A stretch of 64,000 bases of DNA, from contig NC_087436.1 in NCBI RefSeq assembly GCF_036321535.1, positions 42,534,001-42,598,000 on the forward strand. The letters run 5' to 3'. Shown piece by piece: positions 1 to 12,801 of this stretch; positions within the stretch are counted from its first letter, which is position 1; each line of letters starts with the position of its first letter. Origin of the DNA: Camelus dromedarius. Taxonomy: Eukaryota. A program made the position numbers and the translations under genes. The notes under the pieces are model-generated. The model was not told where the DNA came from, did no database searches, and saw only the letters and a list, made by a program, of their open reading frames with translations.

Positions 1-3000
1 AGAAAGTTCCCCTCGACTTTTGGTTAACAAAACTCTCTTTGTTTGTCAGCCAGCTAACACCACTCTTAACTTTCTAAAATCTGGACATAACTTGAGGAGT
101 GAACGTTCTGGGGAAAAAAAAAAAAGACTGTTACCACTGACTATTGTCCTCCGGAGCCCATCTCCTCAAGCATGGGGTGGAGCCATGGCTAATTCCAACA
201 AATGAGCACATGATCATTGTACTACATAAAACAGTAAGTTCATCTATAAAAAGCTCTGGGCAGGACTGCAAAGATGCAGTTGCACTGACTGAAAAAGACA
301 GTTACTATATTTTCCATCAAGTGCTGTAGAAGATACTGAAACTTAGTGAGCATTTCTGCAGTACATCATGAATGTAATGGGTTATATTAATGTAGCAGAG
401 AAGAGGTAATGCTTGGCTAAATGAAAGACCAAGTGTTACACAATTTAATTTCATGAAAACATCTATGTGATATTTAATCTATTAAAAGTTACCTGTAAAA
501 ATTATTCCAACAAAAAATTGTCTATTTTTGTGGTAATGTAGTTTTGTTCTGTTTTGTTTCTTTTACGATGTTACCATATAGGCAATTTTGGTTAAAGGTA
601 CTTTTTTTCACAATGCCCTACCAAATATTATGCACAATTATTTAAATATTTTTTTCAAAGCAATACATAGTAGATGTTTGAAGGGGTACTGAGTTTATCA
701 TTCATTTTAATAACAAAAGAAATTTCATGAAATTTAGTTTTAAACTGAAAAATATGTACTGTGCTCAGAATGCACAATATATTTTAAATATTGAAGTGTT
801 TCTATTACTGAAGAGTAAATCTACTGACTTTATAATACCATGGGTATTTTAATACTTAAAATAATAGTTATGTTTACTCCAAATGCAGTTTCCATAGAAA
901 CAGTACACTTATTAGACAAAGAAAGACCAGAACTGACTACTACACTGTGAGGTCCTTTCACCTCTGATTTCACTGAATTCACATATGTTGAAACACACTT
1001 CAAACATTTAATACATTTTGTTTTGAGATCATAAACCCTTGTATTTTCTTGACAATATATTTATACTATTTAAAATACACTTACTATGTTACAGACTTTT
1101 TAATACACATTTACACAAACACAAATATAGGAAGCAGGATAGACAGGGACAGACATAATAGGCATAATAATGATACACTTTTCAAGTCTATTAGGTACTC
1201 TCTAAGAATATGACACGTTTAGAAATTTATCAATGTAAAAATACAGTAGCTTTGTTCTGCATATTTGAAGAATTGAGTTTTTAAGTGATCGAGATATTTT
1301 TAAATGATATGCAATGTAGTGTTTCGGTGTACCACTTCTCAATCAATAGTACTGAATTCATCAGTGTTAAACTGGTGAAGGTAGAGATGTCTGTTTAATA
1401 TTTATGACCTGGGGTAGGGGGAAGTAGGGGAAGACATATGAAGGTGGTGTGATTAAAAAAAAAGTACTCTGAGTCACCTGGAAAGAGTTAAGCTAGAGTG
1501 AAATCAAGCTATCTGTCAAACTTTAGAATATATAGTGTTTATAAATATTCAGATTTATTTATCTTCATTCACCCACTAGTTCAAGTCTCTAGTTCAAGAA
1601 AAGCTCAGATTATCAGTTTTTCACAGCTGGAACTACCCTTCCTTTTTGGCCTAATGTACCTGAATGAATAAGTGCCCTGCATTGGAAACAAAGCACTAAA
1701 ATAAACAGAAATAGTGATGTAATTTGTTTTCTGTCCTCAATACCAATACTTATTAGGAAATGATTCAGTAGACAAAAGAAACCTTTCTTTAAATTTTTAA
1801 TTCAATATTGGTTTGGGGGTGAGTTTAAAAAGTGGATGTATTTGATAAAAAGAAAACAAAGTCAAGTTTTTAAAGTGTGGCAATGTGTAGTTTTTCAGTT
1901 TCCCTAAGGTTAGGACAAATGGCAAAGTATTTAAACTTAAGAGAATAGGTTCAGAATAGGCATTAGAATCAATGTCTTGGTTGTTGAACAGCAAATGAAG
2001 GGACAGAGGAAATTATGGAAATGTTCTTATTCTAATGAAATCAGACAAAGGCACAAATGTGAATTAAGTGAAGTCTGTCTGTGCACCATACATGCACTTC
2101 CTACCTTGACCTGCACTTACCTATCCCAATCCATTTGTGTTTCTCCTTGGCCTCCCCATCAGATGCCACCGAGCAATGCATAGCTAAACCATGCTGATGG
2201 AACCCATGGTCCCTGATCCATATGCTGCTATTCTCCAATCAAATTTAACACCTTGTGAGCCATTCTCTTAAGGTTACACTCTAATTAGAGAGGGCTAATC
2301 AGAAAAACTATGCCAGAAAAATATGACAATGATTGCTGATTGCTTTACTACTTTTTGAACTGTTGAACTTTGGAATGAAAAAATGACAAACCTCTTTTCT
2401 TTGGTAAATGTTCAAGTCTCACTTTAGATACTTTGATTCTCATAAAAATCCTGTTGTCTGATTTAAATTATTCCTGAACTACGGAAGGCTCAGTTTTTAA
2501 TGAGATGTTGCTTACATGCTGGTTTGAATTTCTAAAACAAACTGTATTAACAGTAAGATGTTTCCTACCAATTGACTAAACAGCAGCCTAAATTCAGCAT
2601 TCTTTAGAAACTACAACAGAATTTGAGGTTTTATAAAATACATGTGTTAAAATAGAAGAAATAAGCAAATTATTTGGCCGGATTTTAAGTTATTTTGCTT
2701 TATAGTATGATACTACTTTTAAAATGTTATGTTTTTCACTTGTGAAATTAGAAAATGGCCAAAAGTGATCCAATTTTTATGATATCAGACAATTTGAAGA
2801 CATTCCAAAGAGATTATTACCTAATGAAAATTTTCAGAGAAAAAAGAAGAAAAAGTAATATTTAAAAAAAGGTCTGGGGTTTTCTATAACAGAAATAGAA
2901 AACTTTAACTTACTGACTTTTTACCTTCAAAGAAAGTGGATAAACGATTGTAGTACGCTCCACCAAAAGTAGACTCGCACACGCATGTCAGAATTTCAGG

Positions 3001-5479
3001 CAAGCTCCACTTATTGGAAACTTCGGCCCTGCCCTAGAATAAAAATCTCAGTGAAGATTCCACACAAGCACAGGTATTGGATTCCAGATGTTCCTAAATT
3101 ACTGAGAAGTTGCACCACCACCTGACATTTACATAAAGAATTCATGCATACAGAGGCAATAAGCAAAATCTAAAGTTCGTTTAGTTAGCATTTTTACAGA
3201 GCATATGGAAGAGAAATCAAAATTGATCTCTGATTCTGATCTTAGCTTCTGCCTCTCTTCTCTCCCCTCTGTCTTTGGTTGCATATTCCCCATCAGTGTT
3301 TGTCACTCATCAGCTTTTCTCTACCTATAATTCCACCACAGAGTATTTGGCTGCTAGGACAAACCAGAACAGTGCTCCGGTCCTGATTGTCAGCCAGCTG
3401 GGATGTCCAGCTTACAGAGAACTCTTGGCTACACACTATCCACTCCAGATTGCCCCTGAGAGCTGGTGGTTCCAACTGTTAATGTTTCCACCTTCTTTTG
3501 GGGACTTAAGACGTCTGTGCTTTTCGACCATTTCCCTGAGCTCTGTCACTTCTGATAAAGAGTTTTCACCAAACCTGAAGTTTCCCTACAACCAGTAGCA
3601 GTGGTGACCTACTAATTTCCAGGAATGGACACAGGCTCTTTACAGGGCTTTCACTCAACTTCTTTAGCCCTCAACAGCCACATCTGTAAAATACTGTCAT
3701 CATATTGGGTTGATATCTTGGAGACCTCCATAGTTCTTAAATTTTCTGAAATTATGATAGAAAATATTAATTCTGTGCTCAAGATTGTTAAAGCTTGATG
3801 ATGAGCAATAGGATTTCATTATACATTCTTTCTACTTTTTATACAATTAAAATTTGCCATAATAAAAAGTTGTTTTTTTTTTTTTTAAATCCTCCATTAT
3901 CTAAAGAATAATACCCCAGCTGATCTTCACAAAAACACCAATGGTAATTTGAAAATTGGCTTTGTCATCTTTATCTTTCAAATGAAATAGATATGAAAAA
4001 ATTGCTATGATGGTAATTTAAATTTTCCATCTGTTCCACATTTTGTAAAAGCAAAATCAGTATGTAATAAAATCAAACAAGAATATTCTTCTTTACTTAA
4101 AAACAGCCCCAAATTTTGTCTTTAACGGTTGCAGCTTCCCCTGGGAAGCAAACATTTAATTCCTGTGGGAGCCCACCCTGATGTAACTAAACCCTGTGTT
4201 TTATTTACAATTCTACCAGACCTTGCCCAAATTCCTTTCTTTAAGGGGTGCACTTACTAGACAAGAGTTCTATGCTCCGAGATACTTCCATCCTGGGTAT
4301 GATTGAGTAAAGAGTTTGAGTCACTCAGAGCTGGAAAATCCACTTTCTAAACCACAGCATTTCTGCTGGAGTATGCAATGTTCACCAAAAACCAAAAAGT
4401 CTGAGCAAGTTAATCAAATGACAAACAACATTTTCCCACATTACTAGGGTTCCACAAACAATGCAATGTTCTCTTTTGAAAGATCAGCATTATGAACAGT
4501 AACAGTTATCCCACTTAAATATTATTCATTCAAATAAGGAAAGCAAAACTCAACCAGATGTTTTATCATGGGTGATTTCATTCTTTTTTTTTTTTTTTTA
4601 ATTTTGCAGTCCAAAGTCCCTTTACCAATGTAAGAGAAAATACATGTTGTAAGTTTTCTTAATATTTCCTTTAAATTTTCATTTAGCTGTTAAACTCTTA
4701 AACTCTAGCCTATATAAATTTAGAAAGGAATGAGGATTCTTGCCAGTTTTATGACTATCTTTCTTCTGGAATGTCGATTTCCCTGCACTATTTAGAATTC
4801 AATGTGAGGCAGACAACATTTGATTGGTGGGAGGCTTTCTCTGAAATGGAAAATTAAAGAAGTATTGCTTTATTGTGTTTTAAAATATTTGGAATCACAA
4901 ATCAATTAACTATTTACAGCTTATTTATGATTCAGAAATAATTATATATTAGATTCCATATATATGATTTTGATATTTCAAAATCTATTGGCTCAAAACC
5001 CCACAGAGAAACACAGCTTGAACAAACAGAATAAAATATCTCCATTCCACAGCCACTTGATTGGCACCAGCTCCCTCCAACACATAAATATAAAACACAT
5101 ATCTTTGGACATTTTAAAAATTTATTTTATTTTGCATCTTCAGATCTAGATGCTTTGAAAAGTAGCCATTCTGTAGGAAGGGGTTCAAATGACCAGCTTT
5201 AAATAAAGAGAAGGATGTAAGGGGTGATTCTCAAATATAGGAATTCAAAAATGGGCACAGAAGTTCAACTGAGCTTCCAGTGACATGTAAGAACAGAGTT
5301 AGTAAAACACAGACCAAGATCCATGTTTGAAAGCAGTTTGTAAGATGCTGCAAACTTTATAATTTTACAGCTTTGTTCATTTCCTTCTCACAGCTAGCAG
5401 CAGTGTACTTAAATTGTGAAAGACCTGTATTTTGGCTATTTTCAGTAATCAGTATTCCCACCAATCATACTCTCCAGTC

Positions 5480-5770
5480 TTATTTATTCTCCATGTTCTC
5501 CAGGAGGCTGATCTCTATGGGATGCACCAATAGCTGCTGCCCTCTCTGGCCTCTGGTTGGTTTGGTCAATGGGAGGCACCCGCACATTTGGGAGGGTAAA
5601 GAAGGATGAATTTAGGGCATTTGTGTATTCCCCCAGGTCCCTCCCTGCTGGACGCTGGGAGTTGGCTCCATCTCCTCTGAATGTCACAGCTTCTGTCAGG
5701 GAGCCCTCTCCATAAAGCTATTCTCTCTGCTTTCAGTAAAGCTTTCCCTTCCCCTCACCCTTCTCCTCAA
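5480..5770. mobile_element. ERV-L-class LTR fragment (LTR33/LTR16-like)
   Basis: ggaggctgatctctatgg...ctggttggtttggtcaatgggaggcacc...ctccctgc...cacagcttctgtcagg resembles the recalled LTR33-type consensus. Confidence 0.6.
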
Positions 5771-5774
5771 TCCT

Positions 5775-6425
5775 CCTCAAAATATAGCAATCTAAAAGTA
5801 ATAACACATGCCTGAGTGAACTGAAAACATTAACTCCGTAACAAAAGATTTTTTTAAATGCAGGGGAGTTGATTCACACCACATGTCCATTTCAATAGCC
5901 TGTTTGGTTGGTGCAAAGCTTAATAGGTCTTGGAGAATGACTGAGCCTTATCACAAACAATCTGTAGTTATGGATAAGGAAAAATCACTATGGTTCCCAG
6001 TAGCTAGTATTCAGCTATTGACTTAACCCATTTTTTAAAAATCTGACAAAGATAATCAGAAGTAGTTAGTTTCACAGAGACAAAAATATATCTTTACCAT
6101 TTTGCCTCAGGCCCTCTGTCATCATATACTACTTTATAATTTTTATATGCCACAGAACATTATGCTGGATTGTTTATTATATTGACAATGTTATATTAAA
6201 TGCATGTGATGATCAGGAATTAAGAACCCTAGATGCCTTAGTAAGGATCCACGCATGTCAGAGGGTAGAAGATAAACTGGAGAAGTTTCAGAGGTCCACA
6301 TCTAGGAAATGTCAAGATATTGCTTAGAAAGTGAGAGAAATATGCTATACCTTCCACAAAGAAAGGCACAATGCTTGTTGGATCTTTTGGATTGTGAAAC
6401 AAAAATATACCAGGTTTGGGTTGCC
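5775..6425 (+). mobile_element. Decayed ERV-L pol (reverse transcriptase) fragment
   Basis: Collinear frameshifted motifs: AGELIHTTCP, FNS.VWLVQ, SWRMT (~5860-5942), YSAIDL (6008-6025), QKYIFTILPQ (6081-6110), YIDN (6178-6189) and VGSFGL*NKNIPGLG (~6377-6421). Confidence 0.8.
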
Positions 6426-6474
6426 AATTCAGAGCGGCTTCCACATCAAAAAAAGGCTTCACAGTAGCTCCAGT

Positions 6475-6575
6475 TAACCTTCCCTCCCAGGGTTATTTTG
6501 AGAATTAAATGTAGTAATCTGTGTAAATCACTCATTCCAAATCTGGAACACAGTAACTCTGTTAAATGACTGCTA
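6475..6575 (+). mobile_element. MIR SINE fragment
   Basis: cagggttattttgagaattaaatg...ctggaacacagtaa matches the MIR 3' half. Confidence 0.6.
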
Positions 6576-7628
6576 GAAAAAGTCCCTTAAAGAGGTGCGT
6601 TAGGAGTGGGAAGAATGTTGAGGGCAGGGAAAGATGTCATACATAGATTTTTTACTCTACTTACACAATGCCCTCAATTTATTGTATTCTAAGTAGGTTT
6701 ATCTGTAAGTTACATTTTTAAGAATTCTTTCAAATGCCAGATGTTTAGCTTTGAATTCAAAAACATAAGTTAGCATAGTCAAGAAATTAACTGCCTGCCA
6801 CAATGCATGAAAAAATCAAACTCTTCTAGTACAAATATTTTCATTTAATGTACAAGCTTCCAACTAAGTCTTTCTCCTACAATTTTCAACCCAGATAGTT
6901 TATTTTACTCCTTTTATTTTTATACATTATCTAACAGAGTAATGCTTAAATTAAGTACAAAATACATTTTTGTAAAATTGTTACAGCTGCTTATTTTATA
7001 ATAATTACTGTACATTTTTCCCTTTCTATAATTCTTAGATAATAAAAGGAACTTGATTATGAGAAAAAAATAGACTATTTAAAAATCGGTCTACACAAAT
7101 TTGAATAGTGAAACAAGTGTCACTCTTTCTTTATCTCTTAGTAGAGTCAATTGTCATGTAAGTGGAGAATCACATCAAGATTGATGTCATCAGCCCCTGC
7201 CATCCCCTGTGCAATTCTTTACAACTTCACACCAAAAAACTTTGGGGTCTGCAGATATTATGCTTCTGCCAATATTTTCATTGGGTATACTCGTGATGTC
7301 GGCAACTCACTTCATCTCACTTTACATCTGTAGCATGAGGGTGGAAGGGACTCACCCATAGTGACTGTTCCCTTGTTAGAACCCTCTCTGCATCACGTAC
7401 AGAACCCCCTCCCGTGCATACCACAGGAAGTGTGTACCATGCCTACACCTAGGCCACACAACACTGACTTGATTTATGCTGACCAAAGAAGATGTAAAAC
7501 AATTTCAAACATGAGAAGAAACAGATAAATAACACTGCACTATAAATACACTGAATGACTACTAAAAACATTCTTTTTGTTTTAGCAACCATAGTCATGA
7601 TATAACAAACTCTTAAGTGAAAAGCAAA

Positions 7629-8000
7629 GTCTTAGTCCATTCAGGCTGCTATAACAAAAGTACTATAAACTGGGTGGTTATAAACAACAGAAGTTTATTT
7701 CTCACAGTTCTGGAGGCTGAAAGTCTGAGATCAGGGAGCCAGCCTGGTCAGGTTCTAGTAAGAGCCCTCTTCTGGGTTGTAGACAGCCAGCTTCTCCTTG
7801 TATCCTTATATGGTGAAGAGAGGGAGAGGAAGCAAGCTCTTTTAAGGGTGCTAATCCCATTCATAATGGCTCTATCTTTATTACCTCATCTAATCCTAAT
7901 TACCTCCCAACAGCCCTACCTCCTAATACCATGACATGAGGAGAGAGGGTGGGGTTTCAAAATATGAGTTGGGCAGGGGGCACCCAAACAGTCCACAACA
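7629..8000 (-). mobile_element. MaLR solo LTR (MLT1A-like)
   Basis: gtcttagtccattcaggctgctataacaaaa...ttctcacagttctggaggctg...gtccacaaca, with 5-bp TSD GCAAA at 7624-7628 and 8001-8005. Confidence 0.88.
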
Positions 8001-9324
8001 GCAAATACCATTTCCCAAAATGCTATCTTGCAAATAAGTTAAGTACTGCACATTGGATGTTTGCATACAACTTGGAACTCATCTTTTACTCTGGCCAGAG
8101 TGCAAATATAGACGAGCCTAGGAAAGTAATGATGATAAAGCAAGAAACCTCCTAATGAAATCTAGTAAAGGAAAATAAAGGTATTCTCTAAAAAACAAGC
8201 TTCTCACAATGGTACTTTGAATCAAGTGCTATTAATGTTCCTACAGATTGTAGGCATCCACCTTTAATAAAATTGGCAGTGTTCAAAATCCCAGAAAGCT
8301 CATCGATCATATGGAAGCATCTCTATTCCACGTATAAAATGATTTGTCCCTGTTGAGACTGAGCTAATGACACCATCCATAGCACAGAGGTGGCAAAAAG
8401 ACACTTTCATGAGCATTACATCCAAAGGGGTAAAGAAGAGACAGTTTTTCACTTCAATTACTACTTATCTATAGCCAAGAAAAAGTAAGGTCTCCTGAGA
8501 ATAAAACAGATTTATTACATGTCCATGTCCATCTAAAACCCTTATTAGGAGAAGTAGCTCAGACATAAGTGTTATTATGAAAGGTTCTAGGATGACAAAT
8601 GTCAATGAGTGACTGATAGGATGTGATGCATTCAAGGTTAATGTGCAAAACAAAATTGCTGGTTTAGGGATTTGCGTTTATTTTTAGAGGAGAGGAGTCT
8701 TTCTGCAATAGTATTAGAATCAGTTCCTTCTTCCTGGACCCCTCTTTTTCCATATGAACAATATTTGAATCTTCAAGGGGATACTTCAGAATTCTTAGCT
8801 CTAAGAAAAAGATAGTTTTCAAGAATTCTTGCAAAAAATCAAAAATCAAAAAAATCCCTGTGCATGCAAGGAATAGTCTGAGGAGGAAAAATTTCTAGGA
8901 ATTACCAAGTAAGGATGAAATCAAGGTTCATAGAGTGGCATAAATGAAGGATTTCTCACTAAAGTAAAAAGGAGTTGAAGTATTTTTAATTAATTAAAAT
9001 ATTAAATAAATTATTTTTAAAAAATATGATCATATACAGCTAAGCATATTTTTTTCAGTTTCATCTAAGCATCATTCTAAGTATGTTTTTTCAGTTTCTC
9101 CTTTGAGTGATTTATATGCATATAAATTTTAAAGTGACTTTAATAGAATTAGAAAACACAAATTTGGGGCTAGATATAGAGACTTATCCGACAATTACTG
9201 CTGACTAACGTTGGAGTAGCTTCTTTTATGAGGTACCCACATGAGACTCATTCTGAGTATATTTGACCAGTGTTGGTAATGGTGCACTGAAGTGGGAGAT
9301 AAGAAATCAGTAACTTTTAAAGAA

Positions 9325-9812
9325 CATTCTCGTCATAGCAGCACTTTGCAGTCGCCAAATGGTGGAAACAGCCCAAGTGTCCTCAACTGATTAATGGATA
9401 AAGAAACATGGTATAGCCCTACAATGAAATATTTTTCAGCCACAAATGGGAATGAAGTATTAACATATGCTACAATGTGGATGAACCTTAAAAACTATAT
9501 GCTAAATGAAAGAAGGCAAATGCAAAAGGTCACATATTGCATGATTTCATGTATATGAAATATCCAGAATAGGTAAATCCAGATGCAGAAAACAAATTGG
9601 TGGTTCCAAGGTCCGGAGATGGGGGGCAGATTGGGGACTAACCTATTAATGAGTACAGGATTTTTTTTTTTTTTTGGAGTGATGAAAATATTTTGTAGTT
9701 AAATAGAGATGGTGGTCACACAACATTGTAAATGTACTAAATGTGGCTGATTTGTATATCTTAAAATTATTAATTTTATGTTATGTTAATTTCACCTCAG
9801 TTCTTAAAAGTG
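9325..9812 (+). mobile_element. L1 3' end (L1MB-like)
   Basis: tggaaacagcccaagtgtcc...atgctacaatgtggatgaacctt...caacattgtaaatgtactaaatg...ttcacctca. Confidence 0.85.
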
Positions 9813-10624
9813 AAAAAAGTTATGATTAGGACAATTTGGTATTACTGGAGCAGAAATAAATAGCCCAGTGAAACAGAATAGAAAACCTAGAAGAATTCAT
9901 ATTTACATATGAAAAATATTCCATTTCTATGATATACAACACATTTGTAAATTAAATTAAAATTCTGAATTAGATTTATAATTACTATTGTCATGTTATA
10001 CGTAACCAACAGAAGAAATTAAGTAAATCATATATATAATTACTCCACTGATTTGAAACAGATTAACTCACATCCCCAAGGTTTTGACTAAGTACTAGTG
10101 ATGTAAGTGTAAGTTTATAGTCCAGTTAACCTTTCAAGTGAGAATTACCTATTTATATAAGTTTCTTAAATTTAATGAGGGTCAGAAAAGTGAGTTGATG
10201 AGTCAGTTGTCAATTATATAAGACAAAGGAGTTATAGCAAATGCCTTGAATAAATTATGTCTAAAAATGATTCACTTTTTGCTTTCAAAATTGTTATGAT
10301 TATTTTCAGGATCTGTAAGTCTGTGCTAAAATGTCTTTTTAACTGTTTTATTGCGGGGTGACACAGATCCTGGCCTAGAAGCTGGAGAAAAACAACTCAG
10401 AAAAGCCAGTTTACCATTAAAGATCCAAGGGATGCCTGTAAATATTTCATTTTGCAGGCCATTCTCTTGCCATGTCATCTACTATGCACATGCCTTCATG
10501 GAGTCTGCATGATGATCTCATTACTGACCTCTGTTCATCAGAATGTTTCCCCAGCCGGGAACTCTGCTCTTTAGATTGGTGGGACTTCAGTGCCAGGAAA
10601 AGTTTATTAAACAGGGGATGGGCT

Positions 10625-10795
10625 CCTCTTTCAGAGTCCAGGACCTGAATTTGAATAGCAGCCCCATAATTATAACTTGTGGAGCCTGAGGAGATTATCT
10701 ATCCTGTATGAGTTTCCATTCCAATAACAAAGATTAATAAGATTAAAATCACAAGATTGTCAAAGGGATTAAATTAGATAATACACATGAAAAAA
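10625..10795 (+). mobile_element. MIR SINE (degenerate)
   Basis: gagtccaggacctgaatttgaat...gggattaaattagataatacacatgaaa. Confidence 0.5.
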
Positions 10796-10799
10796 AGAA

Positions 10800-10945
10800 T
10801 TTATACATTTTAAAATTATATATATATAATTTGTAAATCTATATAGACTTTATACATCTATGTAAATTGTATACATTTATAAAATTTATATATGTCATAT
10901 ATATATGTGTATATATAGAGAGAGAGAAAAATAAATATATGTACA
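10800..10945. repeat. Low-complexity (TA)n/(GA)n tract
   Basis: Degenerate TATA runs ending in gagagagaga. Confidence 0.75.
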
Positions 10946-11229
10946 GTGAGAGAATATAGCTTGGTATAAATGCCTCTTTTATAGAATTGTTATTGTACTG
11001 GGGACTGTTTTATGTACCTCATGAATCTCGTGGTATCTGGTAAATAGAAGGTGTTCATTAAGGTTTGAATGAATGAATGAGTCACAAGCAATGTCAAAAC
11101 TATGTGAATTTTACCTTCAAAATATTCAGCACTACCTTTATTCTCTACATAGACACTCAGTTGCCTACCATTATATTTACAAAAAAGGACTTTTTAGCTA
11201 TCAGAAAATAGAAGTATTTACTTTTAAAC

Positions 11230-11564
11230 AGGAACAACCACACAATATAAAAAATATATGTAAAGATGCTATTTACACAGCACCAAAAAAATTAGAACTC
11301 AAAGTAAACATAAAAAATATGTGCAACATTTCCACACAGAAATCTTGTACATGAATTTTAAATGACCTACAAAATGAAAAGAAATGTTGGGATTATACAT
11401 TGCAGCAATCAATATTATAAAGAAGTTAATTTTCCCCAAATTGATTTATAAAGTTAATGTAATCCCAACCAGAATCTCAACAGGTTTTTTGGTTTTGTTT
11501 TTTGTGGAGCTAGACAAACTGATTCTAAATTTTATATGAAAACACAAAGGGTCAAGAACAGCCA
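11230..11564 (+). mobile_element. Old L1 (L1ME-like) ORF2 fragment, left part
   Basis: ccccaaattgatttataaagttaatgtaatcccaaccagaatctcaacagg...agacaaactgattctaaattttatatg is L1 ORF2 sequence. Confidence 0.8.
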
Positions 11565-12790
11565 GAGCTCAAAGAACCCAATTAAAAAATGGGCCAAAGA
11601 CCTTAAAAGACACCTCACCAAAGAAGTTACACAGATAGCAAATAAGCATATGAAAAGATGCTCCACATCGCATGTCATTAGGGAAATGCAAATTAAAATA
11701 ATGATATCACTATACACAAATTAGAATGGCCAAAATCCAGAACACAGACAACACCAAATGCTGCTGAGGATGTAGAGCAACAGAAACTCTCTCCATGCAT
11801 TGCTAGTAGGTTTACAAAATGATACAGCCACTTTAGAAGACAGTTGGATGGTTTCTTACAAAACTAAACATATTCTTACCATATAATCCAGTGATCATTC
11901 TCCTTGGTATTTACTGAAAGGAGTGATACTTGCACACAGATTTGTAGAACAGCTTTATTCACAATTGCCAAAACTTGAAAGCAACCAAGATTGTCCTTCA
12001 GCGGTGAGTGAATAAATAAACTAGCATATCCAGATAACAGAATACTGTTCAAAGTTAGAAAGAAATAAGTTGTCAAGCCATGAAAAGATACAGAATAATG
12101 TTAAATGCATATTAATAAATGAAAGAAGCCAATCTGAGAAGGCTATATACTATATAATTTCAACTATATTACATTCTTGAAAGGCAAAACTATGGAGACA
12201 ATAAAAAGATCAGTTGTTGCCAGGGGTGGAAAAAGGAAGGAAGAGATGAATAGGCAGAACACAGAGAATTTTTTTTAACCAATACAGAGGAGTCTTTATT
12301 TTTTCGAATTGAAATATATTTAATTTACAATGTTGTGTTAATTTCTCGTGTACAGCATAGTAATTCACACAGCATGTACTCTTTTTCATATTTCTTCTAT
12401 TATAGGTTATTATAAGATACTGAATATAGTTCTCTGTGCTATACAGTAGGACATTGTTGTTTATAACACAGAGAATTTTTAAGGCTGTGAAAATAATTTA
12501 TGTATTATAGTGATGAATATACGTCATTATACATTTGCCCAAACCCATGGAATGTACAAATATTGAGAGTGAATGCTCTCAAATATTGAGAGTAAACTAT
12601 GGAGTTTGGGTGATTATGACAACTCACTGTACGTTTATCCTGAGTGAAAAATTTGCCTTTCTGGTGAATGATGTTGATAATGGGAGAGGCTACGCATGTG
12701 TCGGGGTAGGAGATACATGAAAAATCTTAGTATTTTCCTCTCAATTTTGTTACATACCTAAAACTGCTCTAAAAAATAAAATCTTAAAAA
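11565..12790 (+). mobile_element. L1 3' end (L1MC1-like) inserted into the older L1
   Basis: attaaaaaatgggccaaagac... through cctaaaactgctctaaaaaataaa; flanked by AAGAA(C/T)AGCCA at 11554-11564 and 12791-12801. Confidence 0.85.
12274..12464 (-). mobile_element. Younger 5'-truncated L1 3' end (cetartiodactyl-type) nested antisense in the L1MC1-like copy
   Basis: tttacaatgttgtgttaatttc...tgaatatagttctctgtgctatacagtagga; perfect 16-bp TSD AACACAGAGAATTTTT at 12258-12273 and 12465-12480. Confidence 0.85.
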
Positions 12791-12801
12791 AAGAATAGCC
12801 A

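Noticed and set aside
7150..7510. GC-richer block, possible pseudogene or transposon piece
   Set aside because: I could not match it to any family or protein; left unannotated.
11536..11724. ORF with [17 protein letters not shown] motif
   Set aside because: Remnant of the L1 ORF2 C-terminus, not a host gene.
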